Shown here: positions 18,440 to 29,737 of the stretch, in pieces
Numbering within the stretch: position 1 is the first letter of the stretch
Layout of the letters: each line of letters opens with the position of its first letter
NCBI GenBank assembly: GCA_963674785.1
Contig: OY771555.1
Coordinates: forward strand, 256,001-320,000
Direction of reading: 5' to 3'
Length of the DNA: 64,000 bases
Origin: Caldisericia bacterium
GTDB taxonomy: Bacteria; Caldisericota; Caldisericia; JAAYUI01
Program-made: the position numbers and the translations under genes
Notes under the pieces: generated by a model
Seen by the model: the letters and a program-made list of their open reading frames with translations, nothing else
Databases searched by the model: none
What the model was told of the DNA's origin: nothing

Positions 18440-21001
18440 TTGAACAAAGAAATTCTCCTTTTTCATACAGTCATCATATCTCTCATGCTTATTGTCACTT
18501 TCATGCTTTTTTATAGTTCATTTCTCAAGAAAAAATCGAAACAGCAAAACAAAAAACTATGGGAGCTTGAACAAAAAAAGAGCATCGGTGATATTTTTGT
18601 AAAGGTTTTTTCATCGAGCCCAATCCCAATCGTCCTGCTTAAAAAAAACAATAGAGAGATATTCAACGCAAACCCTTCATTCTGCAAACTTATAGGATTA
18701 AATAGTCAGGAAATTATTCAAAAAAAAATTGAACACATTGGATTACTGAAAAATCCAAGAGAGTGGTTTAGTAGTTCAATTTTTGATTTCAAGAATGGAG
18801 AGGCTCAAAGTTTTGAAACTGCTATCTCATGTAAAAACAAAGCAGACAAATGGTGTAGACTGACAACAAAACAAATCCAGCTAATGGATACAGAATATAT
18901 ACTTCTTATTTTGACAGACCTGAGTTTTCAAAAAAAACTATCTGATCAAAATGAAAAAGAGAAAGAGCTCCTTAATTCAATTGTAAAAGCCAAAGTGACT
19001 CAACACACAGCAGCAAAATTTTGTGCCTTCATACTGCCAAAACTCATTGAAATCCTCGACTTAAAGTACGGTTTAATAAGACTTGCATATGATCATGATT
19101 CAAATCTAAAACTTGTCGCAACTCACAATGTGTCACCAGAAATGAAAGCTATGATTGGTGAAGATCAGAAACTAGATGATCCGGGATTTATCTCAGTTAG
19201 TGTCATCAAAAACAGGGAAAGCTTAATTGCAAGCAACACAAGCGAAATCCCTGACTACGATACCCACAAAAAAAAGATGGGCATGTTGAAAGTAAAATCC
19301 CTTGTCTCGTACCCCCTGATTGGGATCAACAACAAACTAATTGGAATTATCCACTTTTGGTCTGACGAAGCGGTGGAAGACCTCAAAGATAACAAATACC
19401 TTTTTGAAAGACTTCTGACCTTGATTACCAGCGGAATTGAAAGAACTCTTGCAACAGAGGCTATCAAAGAGAGCGAGGAGAGATACAGACATCTCTATGA
19501 AACAGCCACTGTAGGACTATACAGGATAGACATCAAAGATGGAAAGCTGGTTGAGATCAATGATTATGGCGCAAGGCTAATTGGGTTTAAAAACAGGGAA
19601 GAAGTCAAAAAAAGAGAGATAATCACTTCTGACCACTACGGTGAAGATGAGAAAAAAACAATCTACAAAACTCTTAAGCAAAATGGAAAAATCTCGGATT
19701 ACGAATTGGTTTGGCAACATGATGAAAATAGCTCAAGTTACTTTCTAACCTCGATGATATTAAACAAACCAAAAGGTTATGTTGAGGGATCATTTTTTGA
19801 CATCACAGACCGAAAGCTTGTTGAAGAAGCTCTCATGTATGGAGAGGAACGTTTTAGAAATGTTATCTCGTCTTCACCTTATGGGATACACATATTTGAA
19901 TTGATAAATGGTGAGATGAAGCTCTCAGATTCAAACAGCTCATCTTATTCAATTCTAAAAAACACACTGAACTCCGATATTGGATTGGATATGTCAAATG
20001 TTTTCCCCTACAACATGAACAAAACCCTAAAGAAAATGACAAATCAGGTAGAAAAAACTGGAAAACCATGGAACGGTGAGATAAAAGTGATGGTCAAAAG
20101 TAATCGGAAAGAAACGTCGCAAAGAATACTTGAGTTCAGCATATTCAAAGCCGCAAAAGACAACATTGTTGCGATGTTTTCCGACATAACTGAGAGAAGA
20201 ATTCTAGAGCTTGAACGGGCAAAAATGAGGAAGTCACTCGAGGAAAAAAACTCTGAGCTTGAACAACTTTTGTTTGTGACATCTCACGACCTGAGATCTC
20301 CACTTGTAAATATCCTTGGATTCTCTGGCGAACTTGAGGAAGATCTTCTTGATCTCGCAAGAAAAGTCGATGACGCATCAAATCTTAACACACTCAAAGA
20401 GAACATTGAGGAATTGATTGGAACAAGATTGTTCGAGTCAAGCCAATTCATTCAGAAAAGTGCAAAAAAAATTGATCAGTTACTAAAAGGACTTTTGAGG
20501 CTTTCCCGAATTGGCAGACTTCCAGTGAATCACGAACTGATAAACACAAACCAGTTACTAAAAGACATCTTGGACACAATGAGGTATCAGATTCAAAGTG
20601 AAAAAATTGAGGTTGAGATTGAAAAACTTCCAAATTGCATCGGTGACAGAAGCCAACTTAGCCAGGCCTTTTCAAATCTTATTGATAATGCAATCAAATA
20701 CATGAAGAAAGATCAACCGAGAAAAATCAAGCTATATGGAAATTTACTAAAAAACAGTGTAGAATTCTGTTTAGAGGATAATGGAATCGGAATCAGGCAA
20801 GAGCACCAAGATAAGGTCTTTCAAATATTCCATAGACTACACCCCGACATAGGTTCCGGATATGGATTAGGAATGACAATTGTGCAAAGGATTATTCTGA
20901 AACATGGTGGAAAGGTTTGGATCGAATCAGACGAAGATGTTGGAACAAAAATCTACATCAGATTACCATTTGATGAGGGTGTTTTAGGAGAAAAAGTATG
21001 A
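18440..21001 (+). CDS. PAS/GAF sensor histidine kinase
   Basis: TTG start after AAGGAG; SHDLRSPL H-box, NLIDNAIKY, DNGIGI, GYGLGM; PAS ends DITDRK, DITERR. Confidence 0.9.
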   Translation: MNKEILLFHTVIISLMLIVTFMLFYSSFLKKKSKQQNKKLWELEQKKSIGDIFVKVFSSSPIPIVLLKKNNREIFNANPSFCKLIGLNSQEIIQKKIEHIGLLKNPREWFSSSIFDFKNGEAQSFETAISCKNKADKWCRLTTKQIQLMDTEYILLILTDLSFQKKLSDQNEKEKELLNSIVKAKVTQHTAAKFCAFILPKLIEILDLKYGLIRLAYDHDSNLKLVATHNVSPEMKAMIGEDQKLDDPGFISVSVIKNRESLIASNTSEIPDYDTHKKKMGMLKVKSLVSYPLIGINNKLIGIIHFWSDEAVEDLKDNKYLFERLLTLITSGIERTLATEAIKESEERYRHLYETATVGLYRIDIKDGKLVEINDYGARLIGFKNREEVKKREIITSDHYGEDEKKTIYKTLKQNGKISDYELVWQHDENSSSYFLTSMILNKPKGYVEGSFFDITDRKLVEEALMYGEERFRNVISSSPYGIHIFELINGEMKLSDSNSSSYSILKNTLNSDIGLDMSNVFPYNMNKTLKKMTNQVEKTGKPWNGEIKVMVKSNRKETSQRILEFSIFKAAKDNIVAMFSDITERRILELERAKMRKSLEEKNSELEQLLFVTSHDLRSPLVNILGFSGELEEDLLDLARKVDDASNLNTLKENIEELIGTRLFESSQFIQKSAKKIDQLLKGLLRLSRIGRLPVNHELINTNQLLKDILDTMRYQIQSEKIEVEIEKLPNCIGDRSQLSQAFSNLIDNAIKYMKKDQPRKIKLYGNLLKNSVEFCLEDNGIGIRQEHQDKVFQIFHRLHPDIGSGYGLGMTIVQRIILKHGGKVWIESDEDVGTKIYIRLPFDEGVLGEKV

Positions 21002-21450
21002 ATAAAACAGTAACCATACTCATCGCAGAAGACGACAAAGGACATCAGTCACTCATAAAAAGAAATCTTAAAAGAGCTGGGATAAGTAACCCAATGATTT
21101 TTTTCGACGATGGACAGATGATTCTCGATTACCTCAGGTCTCCTGGAAACATCAAAGACAGGGAGTCATACCTATTGATACTCGACATAAGTATGCCAAA
21201 AATAAGTGGTGTTGAAGTCTTAGATTTCGTAAAGAAAGACTCAAAATTGAAAAGAATCCCGACTATCATGCTTACGACAACAGATGACCCACGAGAGATT
21301 AACAATTGTCATGAACTCGGATGCAACAACTACATAACAAAACCAATAGAATACGAAGACTTTATAAATAAAATCATGAATCTCGGTCTGTTTCTGACGA
21401 TAACAGAAAACCCATCGATATACGACAGGAAGACCGGTGAAATCAAATGA
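20998..21450 (+). CDS. Single-domain response regulator (Rcp1-like)
   Basis: ILIAEDD, LDISMP, IMLTT, YITKP. Confidence 0.92.
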   Translation: MNKTVTILIAEDDKGHQSLIKRNLKRAGISNPMIFFDDGQMILDYLRSPGNIKDRESYLLILDISMPKISGVEVLDFVKKDSKLKRIPTIMLTTTDDPREINNCHELGCNNYITKPIEYEDFINKIMNLGLFLTITENPSIYDRKTGEIK

Positions 21451-24182
21451 AGAAGGTGTGTATCGCGGAAGATGATTCTGGGATTGCGAGGCTGATTAGC
21501 AGAAGACTTGAGAAAAGGGGTTACGAGGTCACACATGCAGTCTCAGGGAAAGAGGCACTGAACAACTATTACTCAGACAAAAAAAACAATCTTTTGCTTC
21601 TCGATTACCTTCTGCCAGACTATACTGCAGACGAACTCATAACAGCATTTGAGGAACGAGATATAAAAATCCCATTTGTTGTAATGACTGGTCAGGGAGA
21701 TGAACGAATTGCAGTTGAAATGATGAAGAGGGGGGCACGGGATTACGTAATCAAAGACAGTAGATTTCTTGAAATTCTTCCTGAAATTGTTGATCGAGTT
21801 TTCGCCGAGATCGAAAGAGAAAAAAGATTAAAGAAGACCGAATTCGCACTTGAACTAAGCCAATTTAAATATCGAATGATGGCCGAAAGTATCCAAGATG
21901 GGATGATGATTGTTGAAAATGATAAAATCACATACATCAACCCAAGAATGACAGAAATCACCGGATACTCATTGAAAGAGATCAGAAATGTTAACCCAAT
22001 CGATTACATGCCAGCAATTTTTGAGCGAGAGCGAATCAAAAAAATAATTGAGGATTACAACAAGAAGAGCATAAAAAACATCAGTGTTAAATTCTGGATC
22101 ACAAGGAAAGACGGAAGGCTGAGATACGTACAAGCAAAAATCTCATCAATTCGGGCAAATAATATAGATTTCACGTTTATAATTTTTAGTGATGAAACAG
22201 AGGAGAAACTTGTCGAAAACGCTCTTCAAGAGAGTGAGTCAAAATATAGGATGATATTTGAAAGCTCGCCACTTTCAATAATTACAATCAATGATTCAGG
22301 GGCAATACTCTCATTTAATCCAGCATCAGAAAAGCTTTTGGGGATTCAAAAAAACCAGATGCTTGGGGAGTACATCGGATCAATCCTACCTATTTTTGGA
22401 GACAGGGAAAAATTCAACACCTCAAATATCTGCAATGGATCTGGGTCGAACAACAGAAGTGTCTTAAAAGAGACTACGGCTTTCAGGGCAGACGGAACAA
22501 AGATATACACAGAGATTTCTTGTGCAAAATGGACAATCAAAAATTCAGAAGTTTTTGCTCTCATTCTGACTGACATAACCAGTAGAAAACACCATGAAAT
22601 CCAACTAAAATCTCTATACAAAACACAAAAGATACTTTTTGAAGAGTCAAACATAAGAACAGCCCTTGAGAGTGTCACAAGAACGATTGGAGAAACATCT
22701 AACCTTGATAGGGCAGCCGTTTACAGAAACACTGAAAGTGATGGAAAAACTGTAACAACTCAGGTTAGCTCCTGGAGTAGGCTAACAAAGTTTTCAGACT
22801 CAAACAAACCCATTCTCATCAACTCACCATACTTTGACTTGGGAATCGAAAGATGGCTTAACACTTTTAGGGAAGGAAAGCTTATCGAAGGGATTCAAAC
22901 AGATTTCCCTGATTCTGAAAAAGGATTTCTTGAAAAAAGAGGAACAAAATACATAGTTGGGATTCCAATAATAATTAAGAAAAAACTGTGGGGTTTTGTA
23001 TCGCTTGAAAATTGCACCTCCGAAAACCCCATTTCAAAAACCGAGAGATCACTCTTTAGCGGAATAGTAAACAATCTAAAAATCAGAATTGAACGTGAAG
23101 TGATCCAAAACGAGATTACATCATCACGAAGGCTGCTTCTTACAACAATTGAGTCGATAGATGAGGCAGTTTTAGTTCTTGATTCTGACATGTCTGTACG
23201 CCACGTAAACACAAACTTCTTCGTGATGTTCCACGGAGAAAGTGGCTCAGCAAGCCCAGTCAGGATAATTGCCGAAACAGTCGAGAATGGTGATGCTCTT
23301 GTTAATCTAATGAAGGAGCTTTCTTCCTCAAAAAAGGAATCTGCCCAAACCTATAAGCTTGTTACTGGTCGATATCTTGAGTGTTTTACATGCCCGCTTG
23401 AGTCTTCAAATCCAAAAAGTGGAAGATTGTGGACTTTCAGAGACGTAACAGGAAAAGTGAAACAAGAGATTGCAAAAAGAGAGTTTATCAATAGTGTAGC
23501 TCACGAGTTACGAAATCCACTTGTGTTAATACAAGGATACACCGAGATTCTCTTAGGAAAAATCAACAAGGAATCTGAAGAATACTCGATGCTTGAAACA
23601 ATTTATGACGCAACACAAAGAGAAATCAGACAGGTATCGGATTTCGTTGATGTTGGTCGAACAAACCCCATCTACAATTTTAAAACTTACGAATCCTATG
23701 GGTTATTCTCAGAACTTGTAAAGAAATTCGCAATCTACGCAGAAAAACAAGTTCAACATGTTATTGGAAATGATAACTACCGATATTCGTGCTCCGTTGA
23801 TGAGAGATTAAAGAATACCTATGTCAATGTTGATATCGATAGAATTCAGGAAATAATTGAAAACTTAATAACAAATTCAATAAAGTACAGCAATAAATTC
23901 AACATCGACATAAAATTCGATGCTGAACTCTGCGACAACAAGGTCTGTTTCAATGTCTCAGATCAAGGACTTGGTATACCTGAGGATCAGATTTCAAAAG
24001 TATTCAAACCGTTTTACCAGGTCGAAAGAGGAAATGGCGAATTGCCGACAGGTGGCTTGGGTCTTGGGCTTGCAAATGTAATGCTACATGTGAACTCTCA
24101 TGGTGCTGAGATTTCAATAAAGAGCAAAGTCAACTCACACACAAAAGTGACAGTAAAATTGCCAATTACTGGACACAGGTAG
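21447..24182 (+). CDS. Hybrid receiver-PAS-GAF histidine kinase
   Basis: N-terminal AEDD/LDYLLPD receiver, PAS repeats, AHELRNPL, NLITNSIKY, DQGLGI, GLGLGL. Confidence 0.9.
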   Translation: MKKVCIAEDDSGIARLISRRLEKRGYEVTHAVSGKEALNNYYSDKKNNLLLLDYLLPDYTADELITAFEERDIKIPFVVMTGQGDERIAVEMMKRGARDYVIKDSRFLEILPEIVDRVFAEIEREKRLKKTEFALELSQFKYRMMAESIQDGMMIVENDKITYINPRMTEITGYSLKEIRNVNPIDYMPAIFERERIKKIIEDYNKKSIKNISVKFWITRKDGRLRYVQAKISSIRANNIDFTFIIFSDETEEKLVENALQESESKYRMIFESSPLSIITINDSGAILSFNPASEKLLGIQKNQMLGEYIGSILPIFGDREKFNTSNICNGSGSNNRSVLKETTAFRADGTKIYTEISCAKWTIKNSEVFALILTDITSRKHHEIQLKSLYKTQKILFEESNIRTALESVTRTIGETSNLDRAAVYRNTESDGKTVTTQVSSWSRLTKFSDSNKPILINSPYFDLGIERWLNTFREGKLIEGIQTDFPDSEKGFLEKRGTKYIVGIPIIIKKKLWGFVSLENCTSENPISKTERSLFSGIVNNLKIRIEREVIQNEITSSRRLLLTTIESIDEAVLVLDSDMSVRHVNTNFFVMFHGESGSASPVRIIAETVENGDALVNLMKELSSSKKESAQTYKLVTGRYLECFTCPLESSNPKSGRLWTFRDVTGKVKQEIAKREFINSVAHELRNPLVLIQGYTEILLGKINKESEEYSMLETIYDATQREIRQVSDFVDVGRTNPIYNFKTYESYGLFSELVKKFAIYAEKQVQHVIGNDNYRYSCSVDERLKNTYVNVDIDRIQEIIENLITNSIKYSNKFNIDIKFDAELCDNKVCFNVSDQGLGIPEDQISKVFKPFYQVERGNGELPTGGLGLGLANVMLHVNSHGAEISIKSKVNSHTKVTVKLPITGHR

Positions 24183-24204
24183 ATATAAGTTGTAAAACTT
24201 ACCA

Positions 24205-24801
24205 ATGGAAAAATGGTTAGTCGTTGGGCTCGGGAATCCCGGTCTCGGTTACAGAAACACAAGGCACAACATTGGCTGGAAAGCGGTCGATATGTTTGCT
24301 AAGTCACTTGGAGTAAGATTAAAGAAAACATCTTGCGGAGCCAAGATTATCAGGACTGTGGCTTTTGGTAAACAGCTTCTTCTTGCAAAACCACTTTCAT
24401 ATATGAATCTTTCCGGGAAACCTGTTAAATGCCTGATGTCTGCAAATGAAATCCCTCATGAAAAAATAATTATCATATGTGACGACATTGACCTTCCGGT
24501 TGGCGCAATCAGAATCAGAAAAAAAGGCAGTAGCGGTGGACAGAAAGGTATTGGTTCAATCATAAATGAAATCGGAACAAATGATTTTTTTAGGATAAAG
24601 ATCGGCATCGGAAGACCTTCTAATGGTGATGTTGTTGATTATGTTCTGAAGAATCCAACAAGAGACGACGAACAGATATTAAAAGAGATAATAAAAAAAG
24701 TTACGGATGCTATAACAACCATCATTGAATCAGGGTTTCAAACTGCTGCAAACGAATTTAATTGCACCAATCCACAAAAAGAGGATGCGAACGGCGATTG
24801 A
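24205..24801 (+). CDS. pth: Peptidyl-tRNA hydrolase
   Basis: VGLGNPG, TRHNIG, KPLSYMNLSG, DDIDL, RIKIGIGRP. Confidence 0.96.
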   Translation: MEKWLVVGLGNPGLGYRNTRHNIGWKAVDMFAKSLGVRLKKTSCGAKIIRTVAFGKQLLLAKPLSYMNLSGKPVKCLMSANEIPHEKIIIICDDIDLPVGAIRIRKKGSSGGQKGIGSIINEIGTNDFFRIKIGIGRPSNGDVVDYVLKNPTRDDEQILKEIIKKVTDAITTIIESGFQTAANEFNCTNPQKEDANGD

Positions 24802-25787
24802 AAAATACTCGTTTTTTTGTGTACCTGATTGTTTTGCTTCTGTTAGTAACAGTAATTGGAACAAATGTAAAAACCAGCAAAATCAATGTTGAGCCCGACG
24901 AAATAATCATTCCAGAAAAAATCGCCAACCATCAAATCATCTTGGATTTCTCAAAAAAATACTACCCGGAATTTGAGTTTATCATGAGGTATTCAAGGAA
25001 GAAATACGATTTTGAAGACTTTACAAGATTGATCAAAGAATCGATTGAATTGGCAGAAAGTATTGAGACCCCCGTCACAGAAGAGATGTCAACAAACTGG
25101 CAGAAAACCCGTGGTGAAAAATTGAGCGTTTTCGAGATGAACATGATCGCTTGTTTCTGGTCAATTGTTGTTTCTGATTTTTATGGGCTTGGATTACCAA
25201 AAGAAAGCGAATGGAAAGATTGGCAAACCGAGATTTCGATAAGAGATATTGCAAAAAATGTCCTCTCCATATGGGTTTGGGATTCATTCTCTGGCAAAAC
25301 AAACGGTGATAAATGGTACGAGATTCCACATCTGAAACCCGCAATTTTTTTCGGGTGGTCGATTCAAAATAACTCCTGTGATGTTATGAGAAAAAACATA
25401 AACCATCTAAGAATCAGATTTGGACTGGACTTCGAGATGATAGAGGATGTTGGTTTTTTTCAGGGTATCTCCATCTGTGCTTTTTGGTCAAATTATCTGC
25501 TCATGAGACTTTCAAATGCATTTGAAATCTTCCCGATTACAATCAGGGAGTTAGCCGGCTCAAACTGGTTATACAATGCGAGCACAAGAGAAGGGGATGT
25601 AAAAACGGGTCAATATTTCAGAGACATATTAACACTCTCATACGGTGAGATGGACGAAATATGGTATATGTATGGACTTGATGAAAAAGCTGTTGCTATC
25701 AGAAAAAACCCAGAAATTGAAAACCAAGGACTGTTTCGAAAAAACCAGGGGAGCAAAATGAAAGAAATACTGAAATCTCTCCCATAA
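24798..25787 (+). CDS. Hypothetical membrane-anchored protein
   Basis: Long ORF with N-terminal hydrophobic helix; likely TTG start overlapping the pth stop. Confidence 0.6.
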   Translation: MKNTRFFVYLIVLLLLVTVIGTNVKTSKINVEPDEIIIPEKIANHQIILDFSKKYYPEFEFIMRYSRKKYDFEDFTRLIKESIELAESIETPVTEEMSTNWQKTRGEKLSVFEMNMIACFWSIVVSDFYGLGLPKESEWKDWQTEISIRDIAKNVLSIWVWDSFSGKTNGDKWYEIPHLKPAIFFGWSIQNNSCDVMRKNINHLRIRFGLDFEMIEDVGFFQGISICAFWSNYLLMRLSNAFEIFPITIRELAGSNWLYNASTREGDVKTGQYFRDILTLSYGEMDEIWYMYGLDEKAVAIRKNPEIENQGLFRKNQGSKMKEILKSLP

Positions 25788-25870
25788 CAAGCATTCAATT
25801 CAAATAGTTTGTTAACAAATTGGAAATTCTTTTGTTTTTTTGTATAATGAATTCCGTGAAAGATCTAAAA

Positions 25871-28800
25871 TTGAACCCGAGGATATTCCTGACTCTTTTT
25901 TTGATAATTCTTCTTTGTGTATCGTTTTTTCCAGAAATCCCAACAAGCAACGTAGCAATCGCTGCCGATTCTTGTCCCTGGTACTGTTTCAGAGGCAACA
26001 CAAAAAGAACAGGAGTCGTAAAACTGGATTGTGGGCCACAATCAAAAGAGCTTTCATATCTCTGGGAATATAAGGCAATTGCTCAGATAAAATCTTCCGC
26101 CATCATTGTTGATTCAAAAGTATTCTTTGGGTCTGAAGATGGGAAAATGCACTGCCTTGAGCAATCAACAGGCAGACAGCTGTGGGAAACAAGAGTTGAC
26201 GAAGACATCCATAGTTCACCTGTTTACTCATCTGGAAATGTTTACTTCGGTAATGACAGCGGGAATTTCTACTGCCTTGATGGGCAGACAGGCGAGATTG
26301 AGTGGACATTTAAAACTGATGGCAGCATCCATTCTTCACCAGTGATTTATCACCAACGTATAATCTTCGGGTCATATGATAATTATGTTTACTGTCTGAA
26401 TCTTTCTGATGGCGCACTAAAATGGAAATTTGAAACTGATGGAGAAGTCTTTTCATCTGCAGCTGTATTTGAGGAAAGAGTTTATATCGGTTCAGATGAC
26501 CAGAACATGTATTGTCTTGATTTTAAATCCGGAGACATGATCTGGTATTTTGAAACCAACCAAAGAATAGAAACAACGCCTGTATACACAGGACAAGAAG
26601 TGGTATTTGGGTCTGATTCCATTTATTCTCTAAACTCTGAAACTGGAAAACTCAACTGGGAATACCCAATGGGAATGTTTGGTGTATCATCATGTGCTGT
26701 TGCAAAATCAAAGGTCGCCGTCTGTAGGTGGGATGGCATGTTCTACTGTCTCGATCTGAAGTCAGGACAACTCCTGTGGTCAAGAATAGTTGATGGGTTC
26801 GCAAATGCACCATCGATTTGTGATTCAACTATCTATATCTCGACAAATAGTGGATGGTTTGCATCAATGGATCTCCGAGATGGTGATACAATCTGGGAAA
26901 CAGACCTCGGTGAACCGATAAAAACAAGCCCTGCAATAAGCGATGGTCTCATTGTGGTCGGGGGTGCATTCGGAACAGTTTTCTGTTATGGTGATGAGCT
27001 TGTCAGAGACTGCATTTCTGTTGATGTTGAGGTTGTTGATTTTGGGACGGTTATATCAAGAACTGATGGACAAATAGAAGTAAACCTTATAAATTGTGGC
27101 ACAAACGATATTCCAGTTGAATATGAAGTGATTGGTGATTGGTTTTCAGTGAAACGTTTTCCATCGGGCGCAATCCCAAGAAGGCAGAGAAGGCACTTTT
27201 ATGTGTACATGCTCTCCCAATCAATAGGGCTTGAAAAAATCTACACTGGCAAGCTGATTCTGAAATGGGCAGGCAAATCAAAAGAAATAAACGTCAGGGT
27301 ATTTGTTGATAACACAATAATCCCAGATGGGGATTATTGTAACTGGGAATCGTATCAATCGAACAATACTGGCAATGGAGACTTAGAAATATCCTGCTCC
27401 CCAGACAGGAATTCTCTAGCAAGAAAATATAACATCGAGTTCCCAGATTTTCTCGTTTCACAACCACTGGTATCGGATAAAGACCTCATTGTCTCCAGAC
27501 ATTCTGGTGTAATAAGCTGTCTTGATGAAATCAACGGGAAAAGCAAATGGGAGTTTTCAACTGGAGAAACACTCTTTTCAACTCCGGCAGTTTCTGGAAA
27601 CAAGGTGTACTACTCTACATCAAACGGCACGATTGGGTGCCTTGACAAATCTAACGGGGAGCCTATTTGGCAAGTTGAATCAAAACAAATACCAAAAACT
27701 GCTTTAAGGGTTTGGAGAGATTATATCTTTTTCATAGATGAAGAGAACACACTGATTTCGATGTCATCAAAAGACGGGAAACTCATCGGATCATTTGTTC
27801 CGAATAGTTCAACAAATAATCCTCCAACTGTTGCCTCTGCAAAAGTTTTTTTCGGTACAGATGATGGAACTCTTTATTGTCTATCAGTTGAGGATATCAC
27901 TAACCCTGTCTGGACAAAAAAAGTAAAATCGGGGATCGAAACAGGGGTTGCATATAAAAACGGAGATTTCTGTTTCGGTACCAATAATGGTCTTGTATAC
28001 AACATCAACAGCAACACTGGAAGAACACTTTGGGTCAAGCGATTTAATTCAAGTGTCAGCGGCAACCTTGTGGTTACAGATGACTCTGTGTACTGCACAA
28101 CAAAATCAAACACTCTTTACTCAATAAATAAAGAAGAGGGTGTAGTCAAATGGAAACTGAATAGCTGGGATAGAATTTTGGCTGGCCCAGTGGTTTCGGG
28201 AAATCATGTTTTCATATCTGCAGACACAAGGTTTTATATGGTTGCAGCAGACGATGGACATATCCTCTGGTCAGATGATTTCATCCGTGAGATCAGATGG
28301 TTTTCTTCCGGCATGGGCAAAGTTTTTGCGGTGTGTCAAGACAAAAACATCTACTGTCTAGTAAGCGAACCCTACATAAAGTTTTCCCCAAAAATCCTAA
28401 ACTTTGGGTCACTACGAAAGGCACAGAGAGAAACAAAACATCTTCTTATAAAAAATACGACTGACCACAAGGTAACGGTGAAAATCTCAACTACCGATAA
28501 TTGGTTTAATCTCTCCGAAAATATCTTCTCAATAAATGATGGTGAAAACAAAAAAATCTCGGTAACAACAATCCAACACCAGGTAAATGATCCCGGAATC
28601 AAGTCTGGTTCGATAACCGCCGATTGGGGAGATGATTCAACAAATATAAATGTCTGGGCATACATCATGGATCGCGAGGCATATAAAAACTGGTCAAGTT
28701 TTGGTGCAGACAACAATAACTCACGGAATAACTCTGAATCTATGCTGAATCTTGAAAACCTTGAGCTTGATTGGGAATACAAAACCAATGCCCCCATTTT

Positions 28801-29737
28801 ATCATGCCCAATGCTTTCCAATGGAAGACTTTATTTTGGTTCAAATGATAGTGACTTGAGATGTCTTGATGCGGAAAACTCTATGTTTCTATGGTCATAT
28901 AACACTGGAAAAAGTATTGTTGCAACAGGAAGCCTTGCAGATAAATACGTGTTTTTCGGATCAGAAGATGGGTATGTATATTGTCTTGACGGCTCCACTG
29001 GTCAAATTGTTTGGAAGTTTTTCACGGGCGGAATTGTTTCATCAGTTGCAACAGACGCAAACTCAAGAAAAGCTGAGATATTCTTTGGCACATCACAAGG
29101 AAAATTCTTCTGCCTGACATACCAGTTTGATGATGAAGACTTCGAAGTAAACTGGACAAATGAATACAACAACCCAATTGAATGCGCCCCTGTAACCGAT
29201 ACTGAAGATGTTTACTTTACAACAACTGCAGGAGACATCTATTGTGTCAAAAAATCAAGTGGGAAAGAAGAATGGAGTAGCAGGGCATTTGACACAAGAT
29301 CATCACCACTCCTGATAGACAATAAATTGATAATCCAGACTCTGTTTGAGGGAGTTTACTGTTTCAGCAAATCCAAAGGTCGAGAAATGTGGAGAAATAG
29401 CTCCATTTACGGCGCAACATCATTTTGCAGCACAGGCAGCGATATTATCGGTTGCGGATCAAATGGATGGATCGCATCAATCAACCCAGAGGATGGTGAG
29501 ATGAATTGGATTCAAGATATCAAAACCCCAATCAATTCCACCCCAGTAACTGATGGCTACAGCGTTTTTGTTTCCGATATGGAAGGAAAAATCCGAGCAT
29601 TCAATATCGATACTGGAACGCTCAAATGGGATTATGATCTGGAAATGCCAATTATCTCGTCACCTGCAATCTGGAATGGAAGGCTTTATGTCGGATGTTC
29701 TGATTCAAAAATCTATTGCTTCTCCCAGGCTAAATGA
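25871..29737 (+). CDS. Secreted protein with three PQQ/BamB-like beta-propellers separated by Ig/BACON-like domains
   Basis: Many SSP...FGS.DG..YCLD..TG...W blades in three blocks; start uncertain (25847 or 25871). Confidence 0.85.
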   Translation: MNPRIFLTLFLIILLCVSFFPEIPTSNVAIAADSCPWYCFRGNTKRTGVVKLDCGPQSKELSYLWEYKAIAQIKSSAIIVDSKVFFGSEDGKMHCLEQSTGRQLWETRVDEDIHSSPVYSSGNVYFGNDSGNFYCLDGQTGEIEWTFKTDGSIHSSPVIYHQRIIFGSYDNYVYCLNLSDGALKWKFETDGEVFSSAAVFEERVYIGSDDQNMYCLDFKSGDMIWYFETNQRIETTPVYTGQEVVFGSDSIYSLNSETGKLNWEYPMGMFGVSSCAVAKSKVAVCRWDGMFYCLDLKSGQLLWSRIVDGFANAPSICDSTIYISTNSGWFASMDLRDGDTIWETDLGEPIKTSPAISDGLIVVGGAFGTVFCYGDELVRDCISVDVEVVDFGTVISRTDGQIEVNLINCGTNDIPVEYEVIGDWFSVKRFPSGAIPRRQRRHFYVYMLSQSIGLEKIYTGKLILKWAGKSKEINVRVFVDNTIIPDGDYCNWESYQSNNTGNGDLEISCSPDRNSLARKYNIEFPDFLVSQPLVSDKDLIVSRHSGVISCLDEINGKSKWEFSTGETLFSTPAVSGNKVYYSTSNGTIGCLDKSNGEPIWQVESKQIPKTALRVWRDYIFFIDEENTLISMSSKDGKLIGSFVPNSSTNNPPTVASAKVFFGTDDGTLYCLSVEDITNPVWTKKVKSGIETGVAYKNGDFCFGTNNGLVYNINSNTGRTLWVKRFNSSVSGNLVVTDDSVYCTTKSNTLYSINKEEGVVKWKLNSWDRILAGPVVSGNHVFISADTRFYMVAADDGHILWSDDFIREIRWFSSGMGKVFAVCQDKNIYCLVSEPYIKFSPKILNFGSLRKAQRETKHLLIKNTTDHKVTVKISTTDNWFNLSENIFSINDGENKKISVTTIQHQVNDPGIKSGSITADWGDDSTNINVWAYIMDREAYKNWSSFGADNNNSRNNSESMLNLENLELDWEYKTNAPILSCPMLSNGRLYFGSNDSDLRCLDAENSMFLWSYNTGKSIVATGSLADKYVFFGSEDGYVYCLDGSTGQIVWKFFTGGIVSSVATDANSRKAEIFFGTSQGKFFCLTYQFDDEDFEVNWTNEYNNPIECAPVTDTEDVYFTTTAGDIYCVKKSSGKEEWSSRAFDTRSSPLLIDNKLIIQTLFEGVYCFSKSKGREMWRNSSIYGATSFCSTGSDIIGCGSNGWIASINPEDGEMNWIQDIKTPINSTPVTDGYSVFVSDMEGKIRAFNIDTGTLKWDYDLEMPIISSPAIWNGRLYVGCSDSKIYCFSQAK

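Noticed and set aside
18440-24182. Phytochrome-like signalling operon
   Set aside because: Layout resembles kinase-Rcp1-hybrid clusters, but no bilin-binding PAS-GAF-PHY motifs were recognised; treated as ordinary two-component genes.
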